Positions 17,130 to 25,789 of a DNA stretch of 64,000 nucleotides are shown one piece after another. The stretch is from Candidatus Uhrbacteria bacterium (GTDB taxonomy: Bacteria; Patescibacteriota; Patescibacteriia; 2-12-FULL-60-25). Position numbers and translations under genes: made by a program. The notes below the pieces were generated by a model that worked only from the letters and a program-made list of their open reading frames with translations, made no database searches and had not been told where the DNA came from. The first letter of the stretch is position 1. Every line of letters starts with the position of its first letter. The stretch is taken from the NCBI GenBank assembly GCA_008363075.1, contig RHKK01000001.1:47758-111757 (forward strand), written 5' to 3'.

Positions 17130-17258
17130 CTCTTCTCCTTTCACAAAAAGATCGGACTGGCATTTAAATACAAGCTTCCGGATTGGTCAAATCGACGTCG
17201 TTTCGGAAGGGTCCGACGAAGGTGCCCGGATTCGTTAAACGAAAAAGATCCCGAAGGA

Positions 17259-17843
17259 TCAGGCGCCGCCGGGAAGCGGGACGCCGCCGAGCTCGTCGAG
17301 AATGAGCGAACCGAGTTCCGCGGCAAACGCGGGGACGCATTCGAGCGGCGGCTTGGGCGCGCGGAACGTCTCGGACGCGCGCTCCGGCCGCTCAAAGGTC
17401 ACGGGCCACTCGATACCGAGCGACGTGACCGCTTCGCGATACCGACGGCGCCACGTCTCAAGCCACGGCGGACCCACGGCCTGTGCCGGCGCGAGCTCCT
17501 GATCGCGACGCAGGATCGTATACTCCGCGTCGAGATGTAGCTCTTCCGCCATGACCTCTTTTCGGTCGTTCTCCGGTCCGTCAACGAACAGTCTCACGAT
17601 GAATCCGTGTCGCGCGGCAGGATCACGCATCCAGTCAACTTCGATCGTCCACTGGAACACGATGAACGCCCCGGGCAGGGGCGCCGGGATCGGCTGGACC
17701 AGGCGATGCCGATACGTGAGGTCGCGTGACCTGCCGTATTTCTCCTCCGCGCTCCATGCCGGGTGACGTCCGCCCCAGAACGCGCGCTCGATCTCGCCGA
17801 TCGCGAGGACCGCGGCCATGATGGATTGAATGTGCGCATGCAT
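17259..17843 (-). CDS. hypothetical protein (orphan island gene 1)
   Basis: 194 aa. ATG start preceded by AGGAGGTG. No family recognised. Confidence 0.6.
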   Translation of the reverse strand: MHAHIQSIMAAVLAIGEIERAFWGGRHPAWSAEEKYGRSRDLTYRHRLVQPIPAPLPGAFIVFQWTIEVDWMRDPAARHGFIVRLFVDGPENDRKEVMAEELHLDAEYTILRRDQELAPAQAVGPPWLETWRRRYREAVTSLGIEWPVTFERPERASETFRAPKPPLECVPAFAAELGSLILDELGGVPLPGGA

Positions 17844-17906
17844 CCTTCACCTCCTCGTTCCTGCGTATCACGCGCCGCGCACGTGCGTCAATCTATTTTG
17901 TTATTT

Positions 17907-19148
17907 TTACTCGTACCGCAACGCCTCGATCGGATCGAGCGCGGCCGCCCTTCGCGCGGGGAAATATCCGAACACGACGCCGATCACGGCGGAAACCGTC
18001 ACGGCCAACAACACGGCGCCGGCATGGATCTCGAACGCGATACCCGATTGAAACAATGAGATGATCCGCACGGCGAGATACGTCAATCCGATGCCGGCCA
18101 GGATCCCCACGATTCCGCCCGCGCCCGTCAACAAGACCGCTTCGACAAGAAATTGTCCGAGGATGTCTTCGCGCCGAGCGCCGAGCGCCTTGCGCAGACC
18201 GATCTCGGATGTCCGCTCGGTCACGGTCACGTACATGATGTTCATGATCCCCACGCCGCCCACGATCAGGGAGATGGCGGCGATGCTCGCGAGGAGGATC
18301 TGTAAAATCAATCCGATCGTATTCGCCGTTTCCGCAATATCCTCCTGGGTCAGGACGCGAAAGTCGTCTTTTGCCAAGTCTCCCGCGGGATTATCGAGCT
18401 TGTGCGTGTCGCGCAGGAGCAAACGAACGCGTTCGCGCGCGTCACGCATGCTGATGCCCTCGGCAGGTTTGAAAATGATGCGGAAGATATGATCACGATT
18501 GTACAAATCCATCGCCGCCGTCGTGGGGATGTATACGAGATCGTCGAGGTTGATCAGATATCGCGCGCCGGAAGGCTCAAGCACGCCGACGACACGGAAG
18601 TTGCGTCGGCTGATCCGCACCTGTTTGCCGATCGGATCCTCGACGCCGAAGAGTCGGCGGGCGAGCAGATGCCCGAGCACGATCGTTCTCGAACGAGCGT
18701 CGACATCCTCGTCGGACAAAAAACGTCCGCGCGCGACACGCATGTTCAGGATTTCCAGCACGTCTGGGACGGTTCCGTACACGGTCGTGAAGCGATTGGT
18801 TCCCGCGTATCCCACCACGTCGGTCGCGACGGTTGCGGCGTCCACGGCGCGCGTCCATTCCTGACGACGAAGCTCGCGATAGTCGCGGACGGTAAGCGAG
18901 GGCTTGGCGAGCAAAACGGAGGTAGGATCGGATCGTCGCAAATCGCCGCGGCCGCCGACGACGATCACGAGATCGGCGCCGAATTGCGACACCTGCGAAA
19001 CGATGAACGTCTCCACCGCTCGTCCGATCGACAGCATAAGGATGACCGATGCGATGCCGATCACGATGCCGAGCATCGTCAGCACGGCCCGCCCGCGCGT
19101 GCGGCGCAGCGACGAAACGGCGATGGAACACGTGTCTCGAAGTCGCAT
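17907..19148 (-). CDS. ABC transporter permease, MacB/FtsX type
   Basis: 413 aa. N-terminal TM (RAVLTMLGIVIGIASVI), a large periplasmic domain, and a C-terminal FtsX block (ERTSEIGLRKALGARREDILGQFLVEA). Confidence 0.9.
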   Translation of the reverse strand: MRLRDTCSIAVSSLRRTRGRAVLTMLGIVIGIASVILMLSIGRAVETFIVSQVSQFGADLVIVVGGRGDLRRSDPTSVLLAKPSLTVRDYRELRRQEWTRAVDAATVATDVVGYAGTNRFTTVYGTVPDVLEILNMRVARGRFLSDEDVDARSRTIVLGHLLARRLFGVEDPIGKQVRISRRNFRVVGVLEPSGARYLINLDDLVYIPTTAAMDLYNRDHIFRIIFKPAEGISMRDARERVRLLLRDTHKLDNPAGDLAKDDFRVLTQEDIAETANTIGLILQILLASIAAISLIVGGVGIMNIMYVTVTERTSEIGLRKALGARREDILGQFLVEAVLLTGAGGIVGILAGIGLTYLAVRIISLFQSGIAFEIHAGAVLLAVTVSAVIGVVFGYFPARRAAALDPIEALRYE

Positions 19149-19154
19149 AGTCGA

Positions 19155-20375
19155 TTACTCCTTGCGCATGGCCTCGACCGGATCGAGAAGCGCGGCGCGG
19201 CGCGCGGGCGCGTACCCGAAGGCGAGGCCGACGAGACTCGAAACCGCCACGCCGAACGCAAGACCGTAGGTGGATACGCCGAACGTCCAGCCGTCCATAT
19301 ATCGTCCGATGACGAAAATAGCGACCCATGTGAGGCCGATGCCACAGACGATCCCGAGTACGCCGCCCGCCGTGGTCAATAAAACGGCCTCGGCAAGAAA
19401 TTGGCCGAGAATATCCTCGCGCCGAGCGCCGAGCGCCTTGCGTAGTCCGATCTCGCGGATGCGTTCGGTGACGCTGACGTACATGATGTTCATGATCCCG
19501 ATCCCGCCGACCACGAGCGAGATCGCGGCGATCGAGACGAGTAGCACCTGCAAAATGACCGCGATATCCTGCGTTTGCGCGATGACGTCATCCTGCGTAT
19601 TCACGTGAAAATCGTCGTCCTTCGGATCCAGAATATCGTGTTGCTCGCGGAGCAGCGCTTCGGTGCGACGCTTGGCCTCGAACGGCGCCAGGTCGCTCTT
19701 GAACACGAAAAAGAGGAAGTATTGCTTGTTATACAAATCCATCACGGCCGTAAACGGCATGTACACCTGATCGTCCACGTTCATGAAATAACGGGAGCCC
19801 GCGGATTCCATCACGCCGATCACGCGGAAATTCACCGCGCCCAGCCGAACGAGTTTGCCGACGGCCTCTTCCTGGCCGAACAAGTGGCGCGCGACATTCG
19901 CGCCAAGCACGATGACGCGCGCGCGACTATCCAGCTGGTCATGCGTGAAATAGTTTCCGCGGGCGACGCGTGCCGAATACAGCAGCGGCTCCTCGGGCGT
20001 CGTGCCGACCACTTGCGCGGAATATTCGGTTCCGCCGCCGACCACCTGGTCGTCCACCATGATCACCGCGGTCATGTGGCGCACCCACGATTGCGAACGC
20101 AGCTTCCGATAATCGGACGGCGTGAGCGTCTCCTTCACGAACGGCACCGGAAACCCCTCCTGTTCGAGCGGATTTTTTCCGTTTTCCACGAAGACCAGGT
20201 CCGCGCCGAACTCACCCACCTGCGCGAGAATGAACCGTTGTGCCGCCTCCCCGATCGAAAGCACGAGGATCACCGACGCGATGCCGATCACGATGCCGAT
20301 CATCGTGAGAGACGACCGCCCCCGCGTGCGTTTCAGGCTCTCGACGGCGATCGAGAAGGAATCACGGACGCGCAT
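19155..20375 (-). CDS. ABC transporter permease, MacB/FtsX type (paralog)
   Basis: 406 aa with the same architecture as its neighbour (ERIREIGLRKALGARREDILGQFLAEA). Confidence 0.9.
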   Translation of the reverse strand: MRVRDSFSIAVESLKRTRGRSSLTMIGIVIGIASVILVLSIGEAAQRFILAQVGEFGADLVFVENGKNPLEQEGFPVPFVKETLTPSDYRKLRSQSWVRHMTAVIMVDDQVVGGGTEYSAQVVGTTPEEPLLYSARVARGNYFTHDQLDSRARVIVLGANVARHLFGQEEAVGKLVRLGAVNFRVIGVMESAGSRYFMNVDDQVYMPFTAVMDLYNKQYFLFFVFKSDLAPFEAKRRTEALLREQHDILDPKDDDFHVNTQDDVIAQTQDIAVILQVLLVSIAAISLVVGGIGIMNIMYVSVTERIREIGLRKALGARREDILGQFLAEAVLLTTAGGVLGIVCGIGLTWVAIFVIGRYMDGWTFGVSTYGLAFGVAVSSLVGLAFGYAPARRAALLDPVEAMRKE

Positions 20376-20376
20376 G

Positions 20377-21102
20377 TCATTTCAGTTCCCTGCCGTCGCC
20401 GGGCCGTCGGCGATCCGCCACGCCGTTTTCGGATTCGACCAACCCGTCACGCAGGCGGATGATGCGCTCGGCGTACGCGGCCGTGTACGTTTCATGCGTC
20501 ACGAGGATGATGGTACGGCCCTGTTGCTCGTTCAAGGCGGCGAGAATGTCCATCACTTGCGTACCGGATTTCGAGTCGAGGTTACCCGTCGGCTCGTCGG
20601 CGAAAATCACGGACGGATTCGTGACGATGGCGCGCGCGATCGCCACGCGCTGACGCTCTCCGCCGGACAGTTGGTTCGACAAGGCCTGCACACGATGCGA
20701 CAACCCGACCTCGTCGACGGCGGCGCGCGCCAAGGCCTCTCGCTCGGCCGGCGGCGTCGTCGAATACAACAACGCGAGCTTCACGTTCTCGAGGACGCTC
20801 GTTTTTGGCAGGAGATTGTACGTTTGGAATACGAATCCGACGTGCTCGGCGCGCATGTACGCAAGCTGGTCCTCGGTGAGCTTGGAAACGTCGCGGCCCC
20901 CGAACCGGTAGGTTCCGCCGGTTGCGCGATCAAGAAACCCCAGGATATGCATCAATGTGCTTTTTCCCGATCCGGACGGACCCATGATCGCCAGAAACTG
21001 GCCCTTCGGGATCGACAGCGTGATCCCGTGCAGCACGGGCGTCTCCACGCCCTCGTTGACGTAGGTTTTTTTCAGGTCCTTGAGTTCAATGAGAGCCGTC
21101 AT
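20377..21102 (-). CDS. ABC transporter ATP-binding protein (MacB/LolD-like)
   Basis: Walker A GPSGSGKST, signature LSGGERQR, Walker B VIFADEPTGNLD. Confidence 0.93.
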   Translation of the reverse strand: MTALIELKDLKKTYVNEGVETPVLHGITLSIPKGQFLAIMGPSGSGKSTLMHILGFLDRATGGTYRFGGRDVSKLTEDQLAYMRAEHVGFVFQTYNLLPKTSVLENVKLALLYSTTPPAEREALARAAVDEVGLSHRVQALSNQLSGGERQRVAIARAIVTNPSVIFADEPTGNLDSKSGTQVMDILAALNEQQGRTIILVTHETYTAAYAERIIRLRDGLVESENGVADRRRPGDGRELK

Positions 21103-21104
21103 AC

Positions 21105-23009
21105 TTACCGGCCGCGCGACCTTCGATATTCCTCGGCGGTCAGCTCGCCGGTCACCACGGCCTCACCCTCACGCAACCCGGACAAGAGTTCCACGCGTCC
21201 CTCGTCCCCCCTCAACCCGATCGCGATCTCGCGTTCCACGGCTTCGCGCCCCTCCAATACGCGTACCACGAACCGATCGTCCACGAGACGCAACGCGCGG
21301 CTCGGCACGATGAGCGCATTCGTTCGCGCTCCGGTTAGAATCGTCAGGTTCGCGGTCATGCCCGCCTTGAGATCCGCGTCTCGCGCGTCGATATCGACAT
21401 ACACCTTATAATAAATCGCCTCCTGCACCCTGGTCTGATCCGCGTTTTCCGCGATGACCGTTCCCGCAAACTTCACGGTGTCCCCGTAGGCGTCGAGCGT
21501 GATCTCGATCGACTGTCCGACCTCGACCTTGGCGATATCGGCCTCGGGTACGAGCGCCTCGATCGAAAATCCCTCGGTCGCGAGCATTCGCACCGCCGGC
21601 TGGTTGGCCGCAACGAGTTCGCCGATCTCCGGAAGGATCTCGGTCACGATCCCGTCGAGCGGCGCGACGATGCGCACGTCCGCGAGCCGTTCCGTCGCGT
21701 GCCGGTACGCGGTTTGCGCGTCGAGTACCTGCGCGCGCAACGCGGCCACGTCCGCTTCCCGCGGCGGCGCTTCCCGTTCCGCAAGCGTCGCGAGGGCGGC
21801 ATCAAACGCCGCCTGCTGGATCGCGACGTTGGCTTCGGCCGTCTTCACTTTGACGGTCCTGTCCGATTCGGCGACGCGGAGTGCGAGCGCGGCCGCTTCG
21901 TACGCGTTTTTCAGTTGGTCGACGGTCGTTTGGCGTGTCAGGTCCGCGTTGCGCGCGCCTTCGTACGCGGCGACCACGGCGGACAGTTGCCCGCCTACGG
22001 ACGTGATGTCGAGCGCGATACCCGCCTGCAACGCTTCGAGTCTCGCGGTCGTGAGATTGATATTCGTCACCGATCCGGCCAACGTTTTTTGCACGTACGT
22101 CAGATAAAGCTGCACTTGCTCGAGCGCGGTCCGGGTCTTGAGCGCGGCGTCGAGCATCGCGTCGCGGCTTGATCCGACCGACAAGGCGCGAACCGCCTGT
22201 TCCGCGGCTTCGACGGATGCCTTGGTCGAGGGATACGTCCGCTTTGCCTGCTCGAGCGACGGCCGATCGAAAATACCGAGTACGTCTTCATATCCGTCGT
22301 TGGCCGCAGAGTTGTCGATTCCGATAATGGCATCTCCGTCGGTCAAACCCGTACGCAGGGGACCGAGCGCGGTTTGCAATACGGCACGCAGGTTTTCGAA
22401 ACTCGTCACGACGGCCTGCTCGGCCACGGATCCGGAATTCGCAAGATTGCGCTCCGCAAGATCGAACGCGAGCTTGGCCCGCGCATGCTCGTCTTCGACG
22501 ACGACGCGTGTGACCTCGAGATCCGTTTGCGCCTTGTCATGCGCGGCACGGGCCTGGTCGACGGCCGCACGGGCAATCTCGACGGCTTCTTCGGTCGCGC
22601 CGGCCAGCCGCGCGTTCAAATTGGCCTGCGCGACCGCCAACGCCGCGCGTGCCCGCTCGGCCGAGAACCGAAGGTCGCGCGATTCGAGTTCCGCGATCAC
22701 GTCGCCCGCCTTCACCCGACGACCGACGCGGTGGTGAATCCGCTCGAGGCTCCCGCCGCTTTTGAACGCCAACGAAAGCCGCGCCTCCGGCACGACCTCA
22801 CCGGTCACCTCCACGGTTCTCACGAGATCGCCGCGCCGGATCGATTCGGTCTCGTAAAACGGACCTTGCTCCCCGAACCATGATGCGGCCGCCCACCACC
22901 CGCCCGCAAGCGCGAGCGCGGTCACGATCCAAAACGTTTTCGTCTTCAAAAAACGAAATCGCCCGTTTTTGGGCTCGGGGATGACAATCTCGTCGGTCCG
23001 ATCGGCCAT
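21105..23009 (-). CDS. HlyD-family periplasmic adaptor with an unusually long coiled-coil
   Basis: 634 aa from MADRTDEI.. One TM segment, a lipoyl-like domain (VKAGDVIAELE), a very long Ala-rich hairpin, and beta-barrel/MP domains. The longest ORF starts at 23168. Confidence 0.85.
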   Translation of the reverse strand: MADRTDEIVIPEPKNGRFRFLKTKTFWIVTALALAGGWWAAASWFGEQGPFYETESIRRGDLVRTVEVTGEVVPEARLSLAFKSGGSLERIHHRVGRRVKAGDVIAELESRDLRFSAERARAALAVAQANLNARLAGATEEAVEIARAAVDQARAAHDKAQTDLEVTRVVVEDEHARAKLAFDLAERNLANSGSVAEQAVVTSFENLRAVLQTALGPLRTGLTDGDAIIGIDNSAANDGYEDVLGIFDRPSLEQAKRTYPSTKASVEAAEQAVRALSVGSSRDAMLDAALKTRTALEQVQLYLTYVQKTLAGSVTNINLTTARLEALQAGIALDITSVGGQLSAVVAAYEGARNADLTRQTTVDQLKNAYEAAALALRVAESDRTVKVKTAEANVAIQQAAFDAALATLAEREAPPREADVAALRAQVLDAQTAYRHATERLADVRIVAPLDGIVTEILPEIGELVAANQPAVRMLATEGFSIEALVPEADIAKVEVGQSIEITLDAYGDTVKFAGTVIAENADQTRVQEAIYYKVYVDIDARDADLKAGMTANLTILTGARTNALIVPSRALRLVDDRFVVRVLEGREAVEREIAIGLRGDEGRVELLSGLREGEAVVTGELTAEEYRRSRGR

Positions 23010-23089
23010 ACCTCCCCCTAGAATGACGGAATCCCTCGGGAGAAACAAGGGTGCTTGCGTTTTTCCCCGGTCTTCTTCACATTGCCGGC

Positions 23090-24157
23090 ATGGACGTCTC
23101 TCTCTTCGATTATCACCTCCCCCCGGATCGCATCGCGCAAACACCGATGCAACCGCGCGAAGCGGCAAAGCTTTTGGTTCTTGATCGACGCTCGGGCGCG
23201 ATGCAAGACAGGCATGTCGACGATCTTCCGGAGCTGCTTCGCGCCGGCGACCTGTTGATTTTCAACGATTCGAAGGTGTTCAAGGCAAGACTGAGAGCGA
23301 CGATCGACAACCGCCTGCATCGCGACCGCGGCAAAGAAGTGGAAATTTTTCTGCTTCGACCGGATCGTGGCGCGTGGATCGCCTTGGCGAAACCGGGAAA
23401 GAAACTGCGCGTGGCGACGCGGCTGGTGTTTAAAAACGGATGGAAAGCGACGGTCCTCGGTAAACGCGACGACGGAACGATCGATCTCGATTTTCGTCTG
23501 CCTCCCGAGCGCGTCTTCGAGCTTGCCGACGAATTCGGAGAAGTGCCGGTGCCGCCATACGTCGAACCAACCAAGGAAAATATGTCCGTGTATCAGACCT
23601 CCTATGCCAAGCACGTCGGATCGGTCGCGGCGCCGACGGCCGGGTTCCATTTCACGCCGACACTGTTCGAGGCACTCAAGAAGAAAGGCATCGAACGCGC
23701 ATTTGTGACGTTGCATGTCGGACTTGGGACGTTTCGGCCGATCAAGACGGACACGCTCGGATCGCATGAGATGCACGAAGAATGGGCCCATGTGCCGGAA
23801 GAGACACGCGAAGCGATCGCGAGCGCCAAACGCGAAGGACGACGCGTCATCGTCGTGGGCACGACGGCGATGCGGGCGCTTGAGAGCTGGGCGAGACACC
23901 TCCCCCAACCCCTCCTCTCAGAGGAGGGGCCTGGGGTGGCGCGAGATTGGTCCGGCTTCACCAAACTTTTCATCACTCCCGGTTTCGAGTTCAGAATTGC
24001 GGACGGATTGATCACGAATTTCCATTTGCCGAAATCGACCTTGATCGTGCTGGTCTCCGCCTTCGCGGGCCGCGAAAACGTCCTGAACGCGTACAAGCAC
24101 GCGATCGAACATGAGTATCGCTTCTATAGTTTTGGAGATGCGATGCTGATCGTCTGA
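23090..24157 (+). CDS. queA: tRNA preQ1(34) S-adenosylmethionine ribosyltransferase-isomerase
   Basis: MDVSLFDYHLPPDRIAQTP..PREAAKLLVL, VGTTAMRALES, ITNFHLPKSTLIVLVSAF. The longest ORF starts at 23051. Confidence 0.93.
   Translation: MDVSLFDYHLPPDRIAQTPMQPREAAKLLVLDRRSGAMQDRHVDDLPELLRAGDLLIFNDSKVFKARLRATIDNRLHRDRGKEVEIFLLRPDRGAWIALAKPGKKLRVATRLVFKNGWKATVLGKRDDGTIDLDFRLPPERVFELADEFGEVPVPPYVEPTKENMSVYQTSYAKHVGSVAAPTAGFHFTPTLFEALKKKGIERAFVTLHVGLGTFRPIKTDTLGSHEMHEEWAHVPEETREAIASAKREGRRVIVVGTTAMRALESWARHLPQPLLSEEGPGVARDWSGFTKLFITPGFEFRIADGLITNFHLPKSTLIVLVSAFAGRENVLNAYKHAIEHEYRFYSFGDAMLIV
23898..23940. repeat. C-run/G-run hairpin element (family C) in frame inside queA
   Basis: CACCTCCCCCAACCCCTCCTCTCAGAGGAGGGGCCTGGGGTGG, translated as HLPQPLLSEEGPGV. 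A near-identical copy in xseA lies at 53638-53673. Confidence 0.8.
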
Positions 24158-24158
24158 A

Positions 24159-24186
24159 GTAGGGACAAGGCGCGCCTTGCCTCTAC
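24159..24186. repeat. 28-nt near-perfect palindrome (family E) between convergent genes, likely a bidirectional terminator
   Basis: GTAGGGACAAGGCGCGCCTTGCCTCTAC. The related copy GTAGGGGCAAGGCATGCCTTGCCCCTAC is at 51255-51282. Confidence 0.8.
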
Positions 24187-25787
24187 TCGACCTTCCCCAA
24201 GTTTTTCCCTCGCTCGTCTTCCGCCAGATTCATGTCGACCGCGCCGAAATCTGCCGTCCGACGCCGTCCGGTGCGGCCGTCCAGGGCTTCGGCACGCACG
24301 GATTCGATCAGGAGCGGCACACGACCGCGATCCGACGCGACCGGCGTCACCTCGACTTCGAAAAACGCCTGCGCGCCGTCCTCGTCGGCCGGAAGGAACG
24401 AGAGCGTCCAGCGCAACGCCTCGTCGGTTTGCGAGAACGAGCCGCCATCCGGCAGCGCGGAGCGGCCGGTAACGCGAATGCCCGGCGCGAGACGCGCGGC
24501 GACGCGCACGTCGGTGAGCTCGGACGTGGTCGGCTCGATGCGCAGCCCGATCCAGACGCGCGTCGCCTCGCCCACGCGCGGCGGCAGCGGCCCGATGCCG
24601 ATCTGGTCGCCGGAGGCGGCGAAGTACCGCGCCGATGCATGGATGCCGAACGGCGTCGTGATCGATCCGACGGCGGAAAACCCGAGCGCATAGCCGTCCG
24701 ACCGCACGACATACGGCGTCACGTACCAGGCCGTCTCGCGCGTCACGGGATTGACGTCGAGCCGGAGATCGCGCTCGCCCGGCGCGATATCCAACACCCG
24801 AAGATGTCCCTCGTCCGACAACCCCGGATGCCACACGGCGAGCGACGCGGCACGGTCGGTGATGGCGCGGAACACAAGCTCGCGACCGCCGGCCGGCTCA
24901 AGCTCGAGTCGCACGCCCGCAGGGTCGGATGCGAGAAGCGCGTATGACTCTTCGCGTGCCACGAGACGGACGCCTCGCATCTCGGCCGCGAGCGAAATCG
25001 CGGTCATGGCCGACGGGCGGACGGCGAAGACGCGTTCTTCATACGGCTCGAGACGCGCGACACGGACTTCGACGAGATCGTTGACGGTCGACGGGCGGAC
25101 GGCGGTCACGGTGATGCCTTCGAGCGGCAGCGCGGTGTCGTTGCGTAGGCGGTATGGGATGAACGCGCCGCGCACGGCCGAGGCGACGGGGATCAGCGGC
25201 TCGAAGCGCAGGCCGCTTTCGGCGAGACGGCGCGTCGCGTGACCCGTAATTTCGCCGTCCGCGTCGCGCAGACGGAAGCCGAAACCCACGTCGCCAACCG
25301 GTTGGAAGAGACGCACGACGACGCGCGACGACCGGGTCTCGCCCGGCGCGAGCGTTCCGAGATACGCGCCGCCCGGCGCGAGCGGCGGCTCGGCCTGAAG
25401 GATCTCCGTGCCAGGCGGAAATGCCCACTCGAGCCGCACGTCGCGGCGCGGCTCGTCGCCCGAGGCGCTGACGCGGGCCTCGAGCGCGACGGGCGCGGCC
25501 GAACGGATCGCGGGCGTCGCGAGATCGAGGCGATAGCCTTCCAGCGGCGCGGGAATGACGGTGAAGAGATAGAGATTCGCGCCGACGAGCAAGACGGCGA
25601 GACCAAGGAGCGCGAGATCGAACGCGAAAAACACGCGTGCATGGCGGGAACGGCCGAGATACCGCTCGCGGTACCGCTTGCGCAGATGCGACGTCATCGC
25701 CCGCGAGGTCGTGAATGCCGCAGTCGTCGCGTGTTCCGCCAGACCGGTGCCCCTATTGCTTTTTGCTTTTTGCCTTTGGCTTTCCAT
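24183..25787 (-). CDS. hypothetical membrane-anchored extracytoplasmic protein
   Basis: 534 aa with a single N-terminal TM (VFFAFDLALLGLAVLLVGANLYLF) and a beta-rich ectodomain. An alternative start is at 25697 (MTSHLRK). Confidence 0.7.
   Translation of the reverse strand: MESQRQKAKSNRGTGLAEHATTAAFTTSRAMTSHLRKRYRERYLGRSRHARVFFAFDLALLGLAVLLVGANLYLFTVIPAPLEGYRLDLATPAIRSAAPVALEARVSASGDEPRRDVRLEWAFPPGTEILQAEPPLAPGGAYLGTLAPGETRSSRVVVRLFQPVGDVGFGFRLRDADGEITGHATRRLAESGLRFEPLIPVASAVRGAFIPYRLRNDTALPLEGITVTAVRPSTVNDLVEVRVARLEPYEERVFAVRPSAMTAISLAAEMRGVRLVAREESYALLASDPAGVRLELEPAGGRELVFRAITDRAASLAVWHPGLSDEGHLRVLDIAPGERDLRLDVNPVTRETAWYVTPYVVRSDGYALGFSAVGSITTPFGIHASARYFAASGDQIGIGPLPPRVGEATRVWIGLRIEPTTSELTDVRVAARLAPGIRVTGRSALPDGGSFSQTDEALRWTLSFLPADEDGAQAFFEVEVTPVASDRGRVPLLIESVRAEALDGRTGRRRTADFGAVDMNLAEDERGKNLGKVE
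25756..25783. repeat. heptad array ttgcttt/ttgcttt/ttgcctt/tggcttt at the 5' end of the 24183-25787 ORF
   Basis: Read directly from the sequence. It is translated as QRQKAKSN if ATG 25787 is used. Confidence 0.75.
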
Positions 25788-25789
25788 AG

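Noticed and set aside
23018-23908. A 296-aa minus-strand ORF opposite queA, and the many 60-250-aa ORFs nested in or antisense to annotated genes throughout the window.
   Set aside because: They overlap confidently identified genes. Their translations are Arg/Pro/Gly-rich, as is typical of non-coding frames in GC-rich DNA.
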